DNA of 64,000 nucleotides from Escherichia coli (GTDB lineage Bacteria; Pseudomonadota; Gammaproteobacteria; Enterobacterales; Enterobacteriaceae): NCBI RefSeq assembly GCF_048403405.1, contig NZ_CP183129.1; one strand, 5' to 3'. Shown piece by piece: positions 61,101 to 64,000 of this stretch (position 1 is its first letter; each line of letters starts with the position of its first letter). The notes under the pieces were generated by a model. It saw only the letters and a program-made list of their open reading frames with translations, ran no database searches and was not told where the DNA came from. The position numbers and the translations under genes were made by a program.

Positions 61101-61775
61101 TTCACTCTGGCCTGTAGCAATACTCAGTGCCTGAGCCATCTGATCGTTTATCATCAGATAAACATCACGTTCGTCTTCCCAGCGAGACCCTGTAATGTCC
61201 GCGAAGGCTGCCCTAAAGGTATCAAATTGTCCACGCTTATCGAGCTCACGTTCCAGATGTGCAATATGTGGGAAGTCGCCACAATAACCAGCTAGTTCGT
61301 TAAAGACTTTCAGAAAGACTTTGAGTATGGCATCAACGCCATCTTCAACATTCGCACGTGAGTCAATATTGAATAATATGACATCGGTCGGATGTTGTAC
61401 CGATTTCCGAATATCAGCCAATAGCAGTGCATCATCAATTTTCTCTTCAAAGAAGGAAAGTGCATTACGAGTGACACCATTATGGCTTACTTCGCGGTTC
61501 GCCAGTAGATAGGATAAGATCTTAATGAAGTGTGATTTACCCGAACCAAAGAAGCCTGAAACCCAGACGCCTATTTTGTCAGCAAGCTGTAATCTGCCAG
61601 GGCCAGTAGCAGGGGCATATACTTCAAAGAACTGACGCAGGTGACCATCCAGCTCTCTGGTAATGACATACTCATCCAGTTCTATCCAGGCGCTTTCGTC
61701 GTCGGTCTGCTCGGCTTTAACCACGCCGTTAATATTACGTTTTAGCTGTTTCTCAAAAATTTGTTCAATATTCAT
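58161..61775 (-). CDS. brxC: BREX ATPase BrxC (PglY-like)
   Basis: 1204-aa protein with P-loop GFFGSGKSH near the N-terminus and Walker B-like MVDEVGQF. Confidence 0.9.
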   Translation of the reverse strand: MNIEQIFEKQLKRNINGVVKAEQTDDESAWIELDEYVITRELDGHLRQFFEVYAPATGPGRLQLADKIGVWVSGFFGSGKSHFIKILSYLLANREVSHNGVTRNALSFFEEKIDDALLLADIRKSVQHPTDVILFNIDSRANVEDGVDAILKVFLKVFNELAGYCGDFPHIAHLERELDKRGQFDTFRAAFADITGSRWEDERDVYLMINDQMAQALSIATGQSEESSRQWIEQLDKNFPLDIKNFCTWVKEWLDSHGNRNILFMVDEVGQFIGKDAQMMLKLQTITENLGVICGGRAWVIVTSQADINAAIGGMSSRDGQDFSKIQGRFSTRLQLSSSNTSEVIQKRLLVKTDAAIPALEAIWQEKGDILRNQLAFDTTTTATLRAYTNSREFVDNYPFVPWHYQILQKVFESIRTKGAAGKQLAMGERSLLDAFQSAAVQISADGLDSLVPFWRFYSAIESFLEPAVSRTIIQACQSPSLTEFDGKLLKTLFLIRYVDVLKSTLDNLVTLSIERIDTDKVELRRQIEASLNRLQAEMLISRIDDKFVFLTNEEKEIENEIRNIDVEFTTINKQLSTIIFEEILKNKRYRYPANKQDFDISRFCNGHPLDGANLNDLVVKVLTPLDSNYESYKGAHSNSLLMTDSKDCILICLPDEARTWQDLTMYAQTKAFLSKQSGQRPEQATLLAEKGRENSMREKTLKAQIEGLLAQADVWALGERLDKKSSSPLAIVDAACGYVIENSFSKLKLLRLSTGDVNRETHALLTVENDTQLDLGGMEESNPEAMREVDNWISMSIETHKPVYLRDILTTFGRRPFGWPEDEVKLLVARLARSGKYSFTLQGSEIALKQAWDAFNNSRRYSDLRLHKVRRHDEAQLTKAAQLMAEIAGEPFNEREEQSLVSHIRELFGRWNSELTVFKTRAESGQNPGRKEIEEGLVLLNGILNEKEEYAVIEKITAAADDLKDFSEDWDDLVSFYKNQYATWQRLSMALNGSFKANRNALDKDETAQKALQELEGIYSKARPYGELHRIIPLIETVETINQRLVEEYRSHALLQIDGHINELKQSMQEMHVPADLQHSLLHPMQQSRKKVEQNGLIPQIMEEQAEVRALQFKANERLNGWVEDQRKKVSDPKPAPQPGIIDPVVKPEPKLKKTIYVNTRKTMERAAGVTTLDNAEQVDKALEQLRKTLMDAINAGERVQLQ

Positions 61776-61787
61776 TGCTGTCGTCTT

Positions 61788-62390
61788 TTAACGAGGAGTC
61801 AAAGTCGCCGCCGGTCTGGTTTCTGGTACCAGTCTGAAGGCGCGGTAATAGTTACGAGAATTAATGCCAGCGAGTGGAGAAAGATCGTATCCGCTATAGG
61901 TGCCTGGATAGAACATCAGCAATGGTGTAAATCCCATCACGTCCTGAAGTGCGCTCATTAGCTCATGACCACGAACCAACGGCCAGGCGTTACCAAGTCC
62001 CGTCAGAATGACAAATTGCTGCGCAGGAAGATCGACCGTGCGTGCAATATATTCCGCGATTTTTTTCTGGCTTAGCGGGGCAGCCAGATGCTTTTTCAGT
62101 GTCTCAAGGCCAAGCTCAGGCTCTCGTTGGCAGATACGTTCAAAGAGCTTACGTTCTTCCAACATATCGATGATAATCTGGAAGATATTTAGCGTTTTAT
62201 AGGTGTACTTTTTATCCAGTTTTTTGAATAAAAAGTGCAAGTACTCGCGGACCTGAAGCTCTTGTTTTGCCGGATAATCAAAGATCCAGAAGCCAATCTC
62301 ATTGCCGGAACCTTGGTTTTTCAAAAAACGGTCGTCGCCGATACGTTCTTCTAACTGTTTTAATCGGTATTCAAGGATCGGGTCATTCAT
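61788..62390 (-). CDS. brxB: BREX protein BrxB (DUF1788)
   Basis: 200-aa protein in the canonical second position of the BREX operon; overlaps brxA by 4 nt. Confidence 0.8.
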   Translation of the reverse strand: MNDPILEYRLKQLEERIGDDRFLKNQGSGNEIGFWIFDYPAKQELQVREYLHFLFKKLDKKYTYKTLNIFQIIIDMLEERKLFERICQREPELGLETLKKHLAAPLSQKKIAEYIARTVDLPAQQFVILTGLGNAWPLVRGHELMSALQDVMGFTPLLMFYPGTYSGYDLSPLAGINSRNYYRAFRLVPETRPAATLTPR

Positions 62391-63007
62391 GCGTTACCCT
62401 CCAGAATAGGGAGCAGTTCGGCTTTGTTTAAACGATGCAAGGCCGCTGCAACAACTGGTAGCAGGAAAACGTTTTGTAAATTGCGGCGGCGTGGGCTATC
62501 CAGGTAACCAGCTTCTGCGAGAGCCTTAATAAGATTGTTACCCATCTTTTGGATCGATGAATCAGAAAAAGCTGCCAGTTCCGGGTGTAAACGGAGATTC
62601 TCATCCACAAACTCACTCCAACAATTTATACCAAGCTTTTCTTTAAACTGCTGACGAGCTGGATTTACAACTTCAGCAATAAACGTCGCAACAACTGGAG
62701 ACTGGATCATCAACGCAACCAACAACATTTGCAGACGCTCGCTTTCACTGCCATCAGCAATCAGTTGCCAGCACTCCCGATCCAGGGTCATCAATCGCAG
62801 CCTTAAGGTTCGGGCATAACGATTTGCCGTACTCGTGGAGGACGCCTGAAGAATATTTTCATTGATTATTTGCTGCTGCCAGGTTGTTTCATCTGGTTCA
62901 GAGAGCAACAGCTCAGCAATGGTTCGGCTCTCACGAACCATCAACGAACCACCCAGCAGATCGCCAATCCAGCGTTTGTCATTTTTTGTCATGGTATTTA
63001 TCATCAA
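62387..63007 (-). CDS. brxA: BREX protein BrxA (DUF1819)
   Basis: ~200-aa first gene of the operon; true start may be the internal Met at ~62992. Confidence 0.8.
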   Translation of the reverse strand: MMINTMTKNDKRWIGDLLGGSLMVRESRTIAELLLSEPDETTWQQQIINENILQASSTSTANRYARTLRLRLMTLDRECWQLIADGSESERLQMLLVALMIQSPVVATFIAEVVNPARQQFKEKLGINCWSEFVDENLRLHPELAAFSDSSIQKMGNNLIKALAEAGYLDSPRRRNLQNVFLLPVVAAALHRLNKAELLPILEGNA

Positions 63008-63520
63008 AAATCCGGAATGCTGCTCGCAAAAATCAAGTAATGATTGTAATCGGCATGCAAGATAGATGCTATGACTATGGTCAGCTCAATATACGTTCAT
63101 AGTACGAGTACAGTTATAAAAATGGGAGGGTTAACCAGTTCCGGTATCTTTTCCTACACAAACATATACTTGAGATCGTGCCCGCATCGTGGACAATGTT
63201 TAACCATGATGATTTTATATCAACGAAATCAATAGTTTTATTTGAGTTACGGGACGGGGAATGGACAGCAATACTCAAGAATTTACTTCATGCTGGCGAA
63301 TACCTTAGCTGATGCCGAGTCTGGAAAATGTAATGATGTGATGGACGACCTTTCCTGAAGCAGACAGTGCCATACTTTTACTGTCTGCGTTTGCTAAGGG
63401 AGTAAATCACATCACTACAAATAGTCCTTCTGTGTCAGCTTTTACGCCGAATGCTAAGCTCCTCTTTAGGGGGCGATCTTATGATTCCGGTGGCATTAGC
63501 TGGAATAAAAAAGAATTTAT

Positions 63521-63543
63521 TGAGCCGGTTGCTCTTCCCCCCA
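63521..63543 (-). terminator. Putative terminator hairpin downstream of the integrase gene
   Basis: Perfect 10-bp stem GCTCTTCCCC-ccag-GGGGAAGAGC ~30 nt beyond the integrase stop, followed on the minus strand by a T-rich stretch ~15 nt later. Confidence 0.35.
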
Positions 63544-63574
63544 GGGGAAGAGCATGTGTGTGAATAGCGTTCTG

Positions 63575-64000
63575 TCACCTTCTCAGCGGATTGTTAACCT
63601 TTGCATATTCAAACGGACTGATACCCTTCTCTCTGTTCGCATCCAGAAAATCCGCCCACCACTGTAACATCAGCTTGCGCTCATCCAGATGTTCCGCTTT
63701 ATGGATATACGCCGCCCTCACCGAATTGCGTTCCATATGGCTCATCTGCCTTTCCACCGCATCCTTCGACCATAGCCCTGACTCAATTAACGAACTACAG
63801 ACCATTGTGCGGAAGCCGTGGCCGCAAACTTCAACCTTAGTGTCATAACCCATCACCCGTAGTGCACTGTTTACCGTGTTCTCGCTCATGGGCTTACGCG
63901 GATCATGATCGCCAATAAAAATCAGCTCATGTTCGCCACAGAACTGTTTTATCTGCTTCAGGGTCGCTAGCGCCTGCTTTGAAAGCGGCACTAGATGAGG
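63575..64000 (-). CDS. P4-type tyrosine integrase, C-terminal part; gene continues beyond the window end
   Basis: C-terminal catalytic region with HGFR and Y (…VCGHGFRTMVCSSL…RAAYIHKAEHL…); frame is open to the window edge. Confidence 0.85.
   Translation of the reverse strand, partial: PHLVPLSKQALATLKQIKQFCGEHELIFIGDHDPRKPMSENTVNSALRVMGYDTKVEVCGHGFRTMVCSSLIESGLWSKDAVERQMSHMERNSVRAAYIHKAEHLDERKLMLQWWADFLDANREKGISPFEYAKVNNPLRR

Noticed and set aside
62884-63102. 72-aa ORF upstream of brxA as a possible small BrxR-like regulator
   Set aside because: Overlaps the brxA 5' end, has no HTH or WYL features, and no SD.

Overview
Escherichia coli-type chromosome segment, read on the strand opposite to the usual K-12 map orientation. 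The first ~32 kb is conserved core; from ~32.3 kb to the window end is a mosaic defence island. Core genes in order: yjiK (5'-truncated by the window edge), yjiJ, a 1746-aa intimin/invasin-family adhesin (absent from K-12 at this position, from memory), kptA, yjiH, yjiG, iadA, hypT, iraD, yjiC, uxuR-uxuB-uxuA, gntP, the complete type 1 fimbrial locus fimB-fimE-fimS-fimAICDFGH (all on the minus strand, switch apparently phase-OFF), then nanC-nanM-nanS. The island ends in a P4-type tyrosine integrase that runs off the window, presumably next to tRNA-leuX. It carries an HNH endonuclease, an AbiE-like toxin-antitoxin pair, a CP4-prophage-type module (DUF4942, CbtA/CbeA, RadC-like, DUF932), YagK/AlpA-like genes, a frameshifted GTPase, a WYL-domain regulator, an IS3-family remnant and a complete type 1 BREX operon (brxA-brxB-brxC-pglX-pglZ-brxL). 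Two things stand out as candidates for an undescribed system: an uncharacterised five-gene operon at 44037-46539, and a two-gene ABC-ATPase/TOPRIM-like cassette translationally nested between pglX and pglZ. No rRNA, tRNA or CRISPR array was seen. All domain and family assignments are from reading the translations against memory, not from searches; coordinates of non-ORF features are approximate (+/- 2 nt).
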